Of a stretch of 64,000 nt of DNA, positions 42,902 through 55,760 are shown in pieces. The first letter of the stretch is position 1, and each line of letters starts with the position of its first letter. Both the position numbers and the translations under genes were made by a program. Under the pieces are notes generated by a model. The model was not told the DNA's origin, ran no database searches, and saw only the letters and a program-made list of their open reading frames with translations. The stretch is from Eledone cirrhosa (Eukaryota). The DNA lies in assembly GCA_964016885.1 (NCBI GenBank), contig OZ024743.1, positions 211,420,001 to 211,484,000 on the forward strand, written 5' to 3'.

Positions 42902-45900
42902 TCTGAGGAAAGAATCACTAGAGAGCTGTTCCAGGTAGAGCCACTAATTCACAGAATTGAGAGATCACAGTTCTGATACTTAAGACATGTGGTTAGAATG
43001 TCTGAGGAAAGAATCACTAGAGAGCTGTTCCAGGTAGAGCCACTAATTCACTGAATTGAGAGATCATAGCTCTGATACTACAGACATGTGGTTAGAATGT
43101 CTGAGGAAAGAATCACTAGAGAGCTGTTCCAGGTAGAGCCACTAATTCACTGAATTGAGAGATCACAGCTCTGATATTACAGACATGTGGCTAGAATGTC
43201 TGAGGAAAGAATCACTAGAGAGCTGTTCCAGGTAGAGCCACTAATTCACTGAATTGAGAGATCATAGCTCTGATACTACAGACATGTGGTTAGAATGTCT
43301 GAGGAAAGAATCACTAGAGAGCTGTTCCAGGTAGAGCCACTAATTCACTGAATTGAGAGATCATAGCTCTGATATTACAGACATGTGGTTAGAATGTCTG
43401 AGGAAAGAATCACTGGAGAGCTGTTCCAGGTAGAGCCACTAATTCACTGAATTGAGAGTTCACAGCTCTGATATTACAGACATGTGGTTAGAATGTCTGA
43501 GGAAAGAATCACTAGAGAGCTGTTCCAGGTAGTGCCACTAATTCACTGAATTGAGAGATAATAGCTCTGATATTACAGACATGTGGTTAGAATGTCTGAG
43601 GAAAGAATCACTAGAGAGCTGTTCCAGGTAGAGCCACTAATTCACTGAATTGAGAGATCACAGCTCTGATATTACAGACATGTGGTTAGAATGTCTGAGG
43701 AAAGAATCACTAGAAAGCTGTTCCAGGTAGTGCCACTAATTCACTGAATTGAGAGATAATAGCTCCGATATTACAGACATGTGGTTAGAATGTCTGAGGA
43801 AAGAATCACTAGAGAGCTGTTCCAGGTAGAGCCACTAATTCACTGAATTGAGAGATCACAGCTCTGATATTACAGACATGTGGTTAGAATGTCTCAGGAA
43901 AGAATCACTAGAGAGCTGTTCCAGGTAGAGCCAATAATTCACTGAATTGAGAGATCACAGCTCTGATATTACAGACATGTGGTTAGTATGTCTCCGTAAA
44001 GAATCACTAGAGAGCTGTTCCAGGTAGAGCCACTAATTCACTGAATTGAGAGATCACAGCTCTGATATTACAGACATGTGGTTAGAATGTCTCAGGAAAG
44101 AATCACTAGAGTGCTGTTTCATGTAGAGCCACTAATTCACTGAATTGAGAGATCACAGCTCTGATATTACAGACATGTGGTTAGAATGTCTGAGGAAAGA
44201 ATCACTAGAGAGCTGTTCCAGGTAGAGCCACTAATTCACTGAATTGAGAGATCATAGCTCTGATACTACAGACATGTGGTTAGAATGTCTGAGGAAAGAA
44301 TCACTAGAGAGCTGTTCCAGGTAGAGCCACTAATTCACTGAATTGAGAGATCACAGCTCTGATATTACAGACATGTGGTTAGAATGTCTGAGGAAAGAAT
44401 CACTAGAAAGCTGTTCCAGGTAGTGCCACTAATTCACTGAATTGAGAGATCACAGCTCTGATATTACAGACATGTGGTTAGTATGTCTCCGTAAAGAATC
44501 ACTAGAGAGCTGTTCCAGGTAGAGCCACTAATTCACTGAATTGAGAGATCACAGCTCTGATATTACAGACATGTGGTTAGAATGTCTCAGGAAAGAATCA
44601 CTAGAGTGCTGTTTCATGTAGAGCCACTAATTCACTGAATTGAGAGATCACAGCTCTGATATTACAGACATGTGGTTAGAATGTCTGAGGAAAGAATCAC
44701 TAGAGAGCTGTTCCAGGTAGAGCCACTAATTCACTGAATTGAGAGATCACAGCTCTGATATTACAGACATGTGGTTAGAATGTCTGAGGAAAGAATCACT
44801 AGAAAGCTGTTCCAGGTAGTGCCACTAATTCACTGAATTGAGAGATAATAGCTCCGATATTACAGACATGTGGTTAGAATGTCTGAGGAAAGAATCACTA
44901 GAGAGCTGTTCCAGGTAGAGCCACTAATTCACTGAATTGAGAGATCACAGCTCTGATATTACAGACATGTGGTTAGAATGTCTCAGGAAAGAATCACTAG
45001 AGAGCTGTTCCAGGTAGAGCCAATAATTCACTGAATTGAGAGATCACAGCTCTGATATTACAGACATGTGGTTAGTATGTCTCCGTAAAGAATCACTAGA
45101 GAGCTGTTCCAGGTAGAGCCACTAATTCACTGAATTGAGAGATCACAGCTCTGATATTACAGACATGTGGTTAGAATGTCTCAGGAAAGAATCACTAGAG
45201 TGCTGTTTCATGTAGAGCCACTAATTCACTGAATTGAGAGATCACAGCTCTGATATTACAGACATGTGGTTAGAATGTCTGAGGAAAGAATCACTAGAGA
45301 GCTGTTCCAGGTAGAGCCACTAATTCACTGAATTGAGAGATCATAGCTCTGATACTACAGACATGTGGTTAGAATGTCTGAGGAAAGAATCACTAGAGAG
45401 CTGTTCCAGGTAGAGCCACTAATTCACTGAATTGAGAGATCACAGCTCTGATACTACAGACATGTGGTTAGAATGTCTGAGGAAAGAATCGCTGGGGAGC
45501 TGTTCCAGGTAGAGCCACTAATTCACTGAATTGAGAGATCACAGCTCTGATAATACAGACATGTGGTTAGTATGTCTCAGTAAAGAATCACTGGAGAGCT
45601 GTTCCAGGTAGAGCCGCTAATTCACTGAATTGAGAGATCACAGCTCTGATATTACAGACATGTGGTTAGAATGTCTGAGGAAAGAATCACTAGAGAGCTG
45701 TTCCAGGTAGAGCCACTAATTCACTGAATTGAGAGATCACAGCTCTGATATTACAGACATGTGGTTAGAATGTCTGAGGAAAGAATCACTAGAGAGCTGT
45801 TCCAGGTAGAGCCGCTAATTCACTGAATTGAGAGATCATAGCTCTGATACTACAGACATGTGGTTAGACTGTCTGAGGAAAGAATCACTAGAGAGCTGTT

Positions 45901-47900
45901 CCAGGTAGAGCCACAAATTCACAGAATTGAGAGATCACAGCTCTGATACTACAGATATGTGGTTAGAATGTCTGAGGAAAGAATCACTAGAGAGCTGTTC
46001 CAGGTAGAGCCACTAATTCACAGAATTGAGAGATCACAGTTCTGATACTTAAGACATGTGGTTAGAATGTCTGAGGAAAGAATCACTAGAGAGCTGTTCC
46101 AGGTAGAGCCACTAATTCACTGAATTGAGAGATCATAGCTCTGATACTACAGACATGTGGTTAGAATGTCTGAGGAAAGAATCACTAGAGAGCTGTTCCA
46201 GGTAGAGCCACTAATTCACTGAATTGAGAGATCACAGCTCTGATATTACAGACATGTGGCTAGAATGTCTGAGGAAAGAATCACTAGAGAGCTGTTCCAG
46301 GTAGAGCCACTAATTCACTGAATTGAGAGATCATAGCTCTGATACTACAGACATGTGGTTAGAATGTCTGAGGAAAGAATCACTAGAGAGCTGTTCCAGG
46401 TAGAGCCACTAATTCACTGAATTGAGAGATCATAGCTCTGATATTACAGACATGTGGTTAGAATGTCTGAGGAAAGAATCACTGGAGAGCTGTTCCAGGT
46501 AGAGCCACTAATTCACTGAATTGAGAGTTCACAGCTCTGATATTACAGACATGTGGTTAGAATGTCTGAGGAAAGAATCACTAGAGAGCTGTTCCAGGTA
46601 GTGCCACTAATTCACTGAATTGAGAGATAATAGCTCTGATATTACAGACATGTGGTTAGAATGTCTGAGGAAAGAATCACTAGAGAGCTGTTCCAGGTAG
46701 AGCCACTAATTCACTGAATTGAGAGATCACAGCTCTGATATTACAGACATGTGGTTAGAATGTCTGAGGAAAGAATCACTAGAAAGCTGTTCCAGGTAGT
46801 GCCACTAATTCACTGAATTGAGAGATAATAGCTCCGATATTACAGACATGTGGTTAGAATGTCTGAGGAAAGAATCACTAGAGAGCTGTTCCAGGTAGAG
46901 CCACTAATTCACTGAATTGAGAGATCACAGCTCTGATATTACAGACATGTGGTTAGAATGTCTCAGGAAAGAATCACTAGAGAGCTGTTCCAGGTAGAGC
47001 CAATAATTCACTGAATTGAGAGATCACAGCTCTGATATTACAGACATGTGGTTAGTATGTCTCCGTAAAGAATCACTAGAGAGCTGTTCCAGGTAGAGCC
47101 ACTAATTCACTGAATTGAGAGATCACAGCTCTGATATTACAGACATGTGGTTAGAATGTCTGAGGAAAGAATCACTAGAGAGCTGTTCCAGGTAGAGCCA
47201 CTAATTCACTGAATTGAGAGATCATAGCTCTGATACTACAGACATGTGGTTAGAATGTCTGAGGAAAGAATCACTAGAGAGCTGTTCCAGGTAGAGCCAC
47301 TAATTCACTGAATTGAGAGATCACAGCTCTGATACTACAGACATGTGGTTAGAATGTCTGAGGAAAGAATCGCTGGGGAGCTGTTCCAGGTAGAGCCACT
47401 AATTCACTGAATTGAGAGATCACAGCTCTGATAATACAGACATGTGGTTAGTATGTCTCAGTAAAGAATCACTGGAGAGCTGTTCCAGGTAGAGCCGCTA
47501 ATTCACTGAATTGAGAGATCACAGCTCTGATATTACAGACATGTGGTTAGAATGTCTGAGGAAAGAATCACTAGAGAGCTGTTCCAGGTAGAGCCACTAA
47601 TTCACTGAATTGAGAGATCACAGCTCTGATATTACAGACATGTGGTTAGAATGTCTGAGGAAAGAATCACTAGAGAGCTGTTCCAGGTAGAGCCGCTAAT
47701 TCACTGAATTGAGAGATCATAGCTCTGATACTACAGACATGTGGTTAGACTGTCTGAGGAAAGAATCACTAGAGAGCTGTTCCAGGTAGAGCCACAAATT
47801 CACAGAATTGAGAGATCACAGCTCTGATACTACAGACATGTGGTTAGAATGTCTGAGGAAAGAATCACTAGAGAGCTGTTCCAGGTAGAGCCACTAATTC
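42902..47900. repeat. Duplicated ~20-monomer block with internal rearrangements
   Basis: CACAGAATT...GTTCTGATACTTAAG monomer at 42902 and 45971 (31x99). TCTCCGTAAAG monomer at 43991, 44486, 45080 and 47060. ATCGCTGGGG monomer at 45476 and 47357 (19x99). Confidence 0.85.
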
Positions 47901-49039
47901 ACTGAATTGAGAGATCATAGCTCTGATACTACAGACATGTGGTTAGAATGTCTGAGGAAAGAATCACTAGAGAGCTGTTCCAAGTAGAGCCACTAATTCA
48001 CTGAATTGAGAGATCACAGCTCTTATATTACAGACATGTGGCTAGAATGTCTGAGGAAAGAATCACTGGAGAGCTGTTCCAGGTAGAGCCACTAATTCAC
48101 TGAATTGAGAGATCACAGCTCTGATATTACAGACATGTGGTTAGAATGTCTGAGGAAAGAATCACTAGAGAGCTGTTCCAGGTAGAGCCACTAATTCACT
48201 GAATTGAGAGATCATAGCTCTGATACTACAGACATGTGGTTAGAATGTCTGAGGAAAGAATCCCTAGAGAGCTGTTCCAGGTAGAGCCACTAATTCACTG
48301 AATTGAGAGATCATAGCTCTGATATTACAGACATGTGGTTAGAATGTCTGAGGAAAGAATCACTGGAGAGCTGTTCCAGGTAGAGCCACTAATTCACTGA
48401 ATTGAGAGTTCACAGCTCTGATATTACAGACATGTGGTTAGAATGTCTGAGGAAAGAATCACTAGAGAGCTGTTCCAGGTAATGCCACTAATTCACTGAA
48501 TTGAGAGATAATAGCACTGATATTACAGACATGTGGTTAGAATGTCTGAGGAAAGAATCACTAGAGAGCTGTTCCAGGTAGAGCCACTAATTCACTGAAT
48601 TGAGAGATCACAGCTCTGATATTACAGACATGTGGTTAGAATGTCTGAGGAAAGAATCACTAGAGAGCTGTTCCAGGTAGTGCCACTAATTCACTGAATT
48701 GAGAGATAATAGCTCTGATATTACAGACATGTGGTTAGAATGTCTGAGGAAAGAATCACTAGAGAGCTGTTCCAGGTAGAGCCACTAATTCAATGAATTC
48801 AGAGATCACAACTCTGATATTACAGACATGTGGTTAGAATGTCTCTGGAAAGAATCACTAGAGAGCTGTTCCAGGTAGAGTCAATAATTCACTGAATTGA
48901 GAGATCACAGCTCTGATATTACAGACATGTGGTTAGTATGTCTCAGTAAAGAATCACTGGAGAGCTGTTCCAGGTAGAGCCACTAATTCACTGAATTGAG
49001 AGATCACAGCTCTGATATTACAGACATGTGGTTAGAATG

Positions 49040-52000
49040 TCTCAGGAAAGAATCACTAGAGAGCTGTTTCATGTAGAGCCACTAATTCACTGAATTGAGA
49101 GATCACAGCTCTGATATTACAGACATGTGGTTAGAATGTCTGAGGAAAGAATCACTAGAGATCTGTTCCAGGTAGAGCCACTAATTCACTGAATTGAGAG
49201 ATCACAGCTCTGATACTACATACATGTGGTTAGAACGTCTGAGGAAAGAATCACTAGAGATCTGTTCCAGGTAGAGCCGTTAATTCACCAAATTGAGAGA
49301 TCATAGCTCTGATACTACAGACATGTGGTTAGAATGTCTGAGGAAAGAATCACTAGAGAGCTGTTCCAGGTAGAGCCACTAATTCACTGAATTGAGAGAT
49401 CATTGCTCTGATACTACAGACATGTGCTTAGAATGTCTGAGGAAAGAATCACTAGAGAGCTGTTCCAGGTAGAGCTACTAATTCACTGAATTGAGAGATC
49501 ATAGCTCTGATATTACAGACATGTGGTTAGAATGTCTGAGGAAAGAATCACTAGAGAGCTGTTCCAGGTAGAGCCACTAGTTCACTGAATTGAGAGATCA
49601 CAGCTCTGATACTACACACATGGGGTTAGAATTCCTGAGGAAAGAATAACTAGTGAGCTGTTCCAGGTAGAGCCACTAATTCACCAAATTGAGAGATCAT
49701 AGCTCTGATACTACAGACATGTGGTTAGAATGTCTGAGGCAAGAATCACTAGAGAGCTGTTCCAGGTAGAGCCACTAATTCACTGAATTGAGAGATCACA
49801 GCTCTGATATTACAGACATGTGGTTAGAATGTCTGAGGAAAGAATCAATAGAGAGCTGTTCCAGGTAGAGCCAGCAGTTCACTGAATTGAGAGATCACAG
49901 CTCTGATACTACAGACATGTGGTTAGAATGTCTGAGGAAAGAATCACTAGAGAGCTGTTCCAGGTAGAGCCACTAATTCACTGAATTGAGAGATAACAGC
50001 TCTGATATTACAGACATGTGGTTAGAATGTCTGAGGAAAGAATCACTGGAGAGCTGTTCCAGGTAGAGCCACTAATTCACTGAATTGAGAGATCACAGCT
50101 CTGATATTACAGACATGTGGTTAGAATGTCTGAGGAAAGAATCACTAGAGAGCTGTTCCAGGTAGTGCCACTAATTCACTGAATTGAGAGATAATAGCTC
50201 TGATATTACAGACATGTGGTTAGAATGTCTGAGGAAAGAATCACTAGAGAGCTGTTCCAGGTAGAGCCACTAATTCACTGAATTGAGAGATCACAGCTCT
50301 GATATTACAGACATGTGGTTAGAATGTCTCAGGAAAGAATCACTAGAGAGCTGTTTCACGTAGAGCCACTAATTCACTGAATTGAGAGATCACAGCTCTG
50401 ATATTACAGACATGTGGTTAGAATGTCTGAGGAAAGAATCACTAGAGAGCTGTTCCAGGTAGTGCCGCTAATTCACTGAATTGAGAGATCATAGCTCTGA
50501 TACTACAGACATGTGCTTAGAATGTCTGAGGAAAGAATCACTAGAGAGCTGTTCCAGGTAGAGCTACTAATTCACTGAATTGAGAGATCATAGCTCTGAT
50601 ATTACAGACATGTGGTTAGAATGTCTGAGGAAAGATTCACTAGAGAGCTGTTCCAGGTAGAGCCACTAGTTCACTGAATTGAGAGATCACAGCTCTGATA
50701 CTAGAGACATGTGGTTAGAATGTCTGAGGAAAGAATCACTAGAGAGCTGTTCCAGGTAGAGCCACTGATTCACTGAATTGAGAGATCATCGCTCTGATAC
50801 TACAGACATGTGGTTAGAATGTCTGAGGAAAGAATCACTGGAGAGCTGTTCCAGGTAGAGCCACTAATTCACTGAATTGAGAGATCACAGCTCTGATATT
50901 ACAGACATGTGGTTAGAATGTCTGAGGAAAGAATCACTAGAGAGCTGTTCCAGGTAGTGCCACTAATTCACTGAATTGAGAGATAATAGCTCTGATATTA
51001 CAGACATGTGGTTAGAATGTCTGAGGAAAGAATCACTAGAGAGCTGTTCCAGGTAGAGCCACTAATTCACTGAATTGAGAGATCACAGCTCTGATATTAC
51101 AGACATGTGGTTAGAATGTCTCAGGAAAGAATCACTAGAGAGCTGTTCCAGGTAGAGCCACTAATTCACTGAATTGAGAGATCACAGCTCTGATATTACA
51201 GACATGTGGTTAGAATGTCTCAGGAAAGAATCACTAGAGAGCTGTTTCACGTAGAGCCACTAATTCACTGAATTGAGAGATCACAGCTCTGATATTACAG
51301 ACATGTGGTTAGAATGTCTGAGGAAAGAATCACTAGAGAGCTGTTCCAGGTAGTGCCGCTAATTCACTGAATTGAGAGATCATAGCTCTGATACTACAGA
51401 CATGTGGTTAGAATGTCTGAGGAAAGAATCACTAGAGAGCTGTTCCAGGTAGAGCCACTAATTCACTGAATTGAGAGATCACAGCTCTGATACTACAGAC
51501 ATGTGGTTAGAATTTCTGAGGAAAGAATAACTAGAGAGCTGTTCCATGTAGAGCCACTAATTCACCAAATTGAGAGATCATAGCTCTGATACTACAGACA
51601 TGTGCTTAGAATGTCTGAGGAAAGAATCACTAGAGAGCTGTTCCAGGTAGAGCTACTAATTCACTGAATTGAGAGATCATAGCTCTGATATTACAGACAT
51701 GTGGTTAGAATGTCTGAGGAAAGAATCACTAGAGAGCTGTTTCAGGTAGAGCCACTAATTCACTGAATTGAGAGATCACAGCTCTGATACTACAGACATG
51801 TGGTTAGAATTTCTGAGGAAAGAATAACTAGAGAGCTGTTCCATGTAGAGCCACTAATTCACCAAATTGAGAGATCATAGCTCTGATACTACAGACATGT
51901 GCTTAGAATGTCTGAGGAAAGAATCACTAGAGAGCTGTTCCAGGTAGAGCTACTAATTCACTGAATTGAGAGATCATAGCTCTGATATTACAGACATGTG

Positions 52001-55000
52001 GTTAGAATGTCTGAGGAAAGAATCACTAGAGAGCTGTTCCAGGTAGAGCCACTAATTCACTGAATTGAGAGATCATCGCTCTGATACTACAGACATGTGG
52101 TTAGAATGTCTGAGGAAAGAATCACTGGAGAGCTGTTCCAGGTAGAGCCACTAATTCACTGAATTGAGAGATCACAGCTCTGATATTACAGACATGTGGT
52201 TAGAATGTCTGAGGAAAGAATCACTGGAGAGCTGTTCCAGGTAGAGCCACTAATTCACTGAATTGAGAGATCACAGCTCTGATATTACAGACATGTGGTT
52301 AGAATGTATGAGGAAAGAATCACTGGAGAGCTGTTCCAGGTAGAGCCACTAATTCACTGAATTGAGAGATCACAGCTCTGATATTACAGACATGTGGTTA
52401 GTATGTCTCAGTAAAGAATCACTGGAGAGCTGTTCCAGGTAGAGCCACTAATTCACTGAATTGAGAGATCACAGCTCTGATATTACAGACATGTGGTTAG
52501 AATGTCTGAGGAAAGAATCACTAGAGATCTGTTCCAGGTAGAGCCACTAATTCACTGAATTGAGAGATCACAGCTCTGATACTACATACATGTGGTTAGA
52601 ACGTCTGAGGAAAGAATCACTAGAGATCTGTTCCAGGTAGAGCCGTTAATTCACCAAATTGAGAGATCATAGCTCTGATACTACAGACATGTGGTTAGAA
52701 TGTCTGAGGAAAGAATCACTAGAGAGCTGTTCCAGGTAGAGCCACTAATTCACTGAATTGAGAGATCATTGCTCTGATACTACAGACATGTGCTTAGAAT
52801 GTCTGAGGAAAGAATCACTAGAGAGCTGTTCCAGGTAGAGCTACTAATTCACTGAATTGAGAGATCATAGCTCTGATATTACAGACATGTGGTTAGAATG
52901 TCTGAGGAAAGAATCACTAGAGAGCTGTTCCAGGTAGAGCCACTAGTTCACTGAATTGAGAGATCACAGCTCTGATACTACACACATGGGGTTAGAATTC
53001 CTGAGGAAAGAATAACTAGTGAGCTGTTCCAGGTAGAGCCACTAATTCACCAAATTGAGAGATCATAGCTCTGATACTACAGACATGTGGTTAGAATGTC
53101 TGAGGCAAGAATCACTAGAGAGCTGTTCCAGGTAGAGCCACTAATTCACTGAATTGAGAGATCACAGCTCTGATATTACAGACATGTGGTTAGAATGTCT
53201 GAGGAAAGAATCAATAGAGAGCTGTTCCAGGTAGAGCCAGCAGTTCACTGAATTGAGAGATCACAGCTCTGATACTACAGACATGTGGTTAGAATGTCTG
53301 AGGAAAGAATCACTAGAGAGCTGTTCCAGGTAGAGCCACTAATTCACTGAATTGAGAGATAACAGCTCTGATATTACAGACATGTGGTTAGAATGTCTGA
53401 GGAAAGAATCACTGGAGAGCTGTTCCAGGTAGAGCCACTAATTCACTGAATTGAGAGATCACAGCTCTGATATTACAGACATGTGGTTAGAATGTCTGAG
53501 GAAAGAATCACTAGAGAGCTGTTCCAGGTAGTGCCACTAATTCACTGAATTGAGAGATAATAGCTCTGATATTACAGACATGTGGTTAGAATGTCTGAGG
53601 AAAGAATCACTAGAGAGCTGTTCCAGGTAGAGCCACTAATTCACTGAATTGAGAGATCACAGCTCTGATATTACAGACATGTGGTTAGAATGTCTCAGGA
53701 AAGAATCACTAGAGAGCTGTTTCACGTAGAGCCACTAATTCACTGAATTGAGAGATCACAGCTCTGATATTACAGACATGTGGTTAGAATGTCTGAGGAA
53801 AGAATCACTAGAGAGCTGTTCCAGGTAGTGCCGCTAATTCACTGAATTGAGAGATCATAGCTCTGATACTACAGACATGTGCTTAGAATGTCTGAGGAAA
53901 GAATCACTAGAGAGCTGTTCCAGGTAGAGCTACTAATTCACTGAATTGAGAGATCATAGCTCTGATATTACAGACATGTGGTTAGAATGTCTGAGGAAAG
54001 ATTCACTAGAGAGCTGTTCCAGGTAGAGCCACTAGTTCACTGAATTGAGAGATCACAGCTCTGATACTAGAGACATGTGGTTAGAATGTCTGAGGAAAGA
54101 ATCACTAGAGAGCTGTTCCAGGTAGAGCCACTGATTCACTGAATTGAGAGATCATCGCTCTGATACTACAGACATGTGGTTAGAATGTCTGAGGAAAGAA
54201 TCACTGGAGAGCTGTTCCAGGTAGAGCCACTAATTCACTGAATTGAGAGATCACAGCTCTGATATTACAGACATGTGGTTAGAATGTCTGAGGAAAGAAT
54301 CACTAGAGAGCTGTTCCAGGTAGTGCCACTAATTCACTGAATTGAGAGATAATAGCTCTGATATTACAGACATGTGGTTAGAATGTCTGAGGAAAGAATC
54401 ACTAGAGAGCTGTTCCAGGTAGAGCCACTAATTCACTGAATTGAGAGATCACAGCTCTGATATTACAGACATGTGGTTAGAATGTCTCAGGAAAGAATCA
54501 CTAGAGAGCTGTTCCAGGTAGAGCCACTAATTCACTGAATTGAGAGATCACAGCTCTGATATTACAGACATGTGGTTAGAATGTCTCAGGAAAGAATCAC
54601 TAGAGAGCTGTTTCACGTAGAGCCACTAATTCACTGAATTGAGAGATCACAGCTCTGATATTACAGACATGTGGTTAGAATGTCTGAGGAAAGAATCACT
54701 AGAGAGCTGTTCCAGGTAGTGCCGCTAATTCACTGAATTGAGAGATCATAGCTCTGATACTACAGACATGTGGTTAGAATGTCTGAGGAAAGAATCACTA
54801 GAGAGCTGTTCCAGGTAGAGCCACTAATTCACTGAATTGAGAGATCACAGCTCTGATACTACAGACATGTGGTTAGAATTTCTGAGGAAAGAATAACTAG
54901 AGAGCTGTTCCATGTAGAGCCACTAATTCACCAAATTGAGAGATCATAGCTCTGATACTACAGACATGTGCTTAGAATGTCTGAGGAAAGAATCACTAGA

Positions 55001-55760
55001 GAGCTGTTCCAGGTAGAGCTACTAATTCACTGAATTGAGAGATCATAGCTCTGATATTACAGACATGTGGTTAGAATGTCTGAGGAAAGAATCACTAGAG
55101 AGCTGTTTCAGGTAGAGCCACTAATTCACTGAATTGAGAGATCACAGCTCTGATACTACAGACATGTGGTTAGAATTTCTGAGGAAAGAATAACTAGAGA
55201 GCTGTTCCATGTAGAGCCACTAATTCACCAAATTGAGAGATCATAGCTCTGATACTACAGACATGTGCTTAGAATGTCTGAGGAAAGAATCACTAGAGAG
55301 CTGTTCCAGGTAGAGCTACTAATTCACTGAATTGAGAGATCATAGCTCTGATATTACAGACATGTGGTTAGAATGTCTGAGGAAAGAATCACTAGAGAGC
55401 TGTTCCAGGTAGAGCCACTAATTCACTGAATTGAGAGATCATCGCTCTGATACTACAGACATGTGGTTAGAATGTCTGAGGAAAGAATCACTGGAGAGCT
55501 GTTCCAGGTAGAGCCACTAATTCACTGAATTGAGAGATCACAGCTCTGATATTACAGACATGTGGTTAGAATGTCTGAGGAAAGAATCACTGGAGAGCTG
55601 TTCCAGGTAGAGCCACTAATTCACTGAATTGAGAGATCACAGCTCTGATATTACAGACATGTGGTTAGAATGTATGAGGAAAGAATCACTGGAGAGCTGT
55701 TCCAGGTAGAGCCACTAATTCACTGAATTGAGAGATCACAGCTCTGATATTACAGACATG
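49040..55760. repeat. Tandem block duplication with period 3366 bp (34 monomers)
   Basis: TACATACATG at 49221/52587 and TGTATGAGG at 52307/55673. GAGATCTG, CATTGC, CCAGCAGTT, GAGGCAAG and TAGTGAG are also paired. Edges are approximate. Confidence 0.9.
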
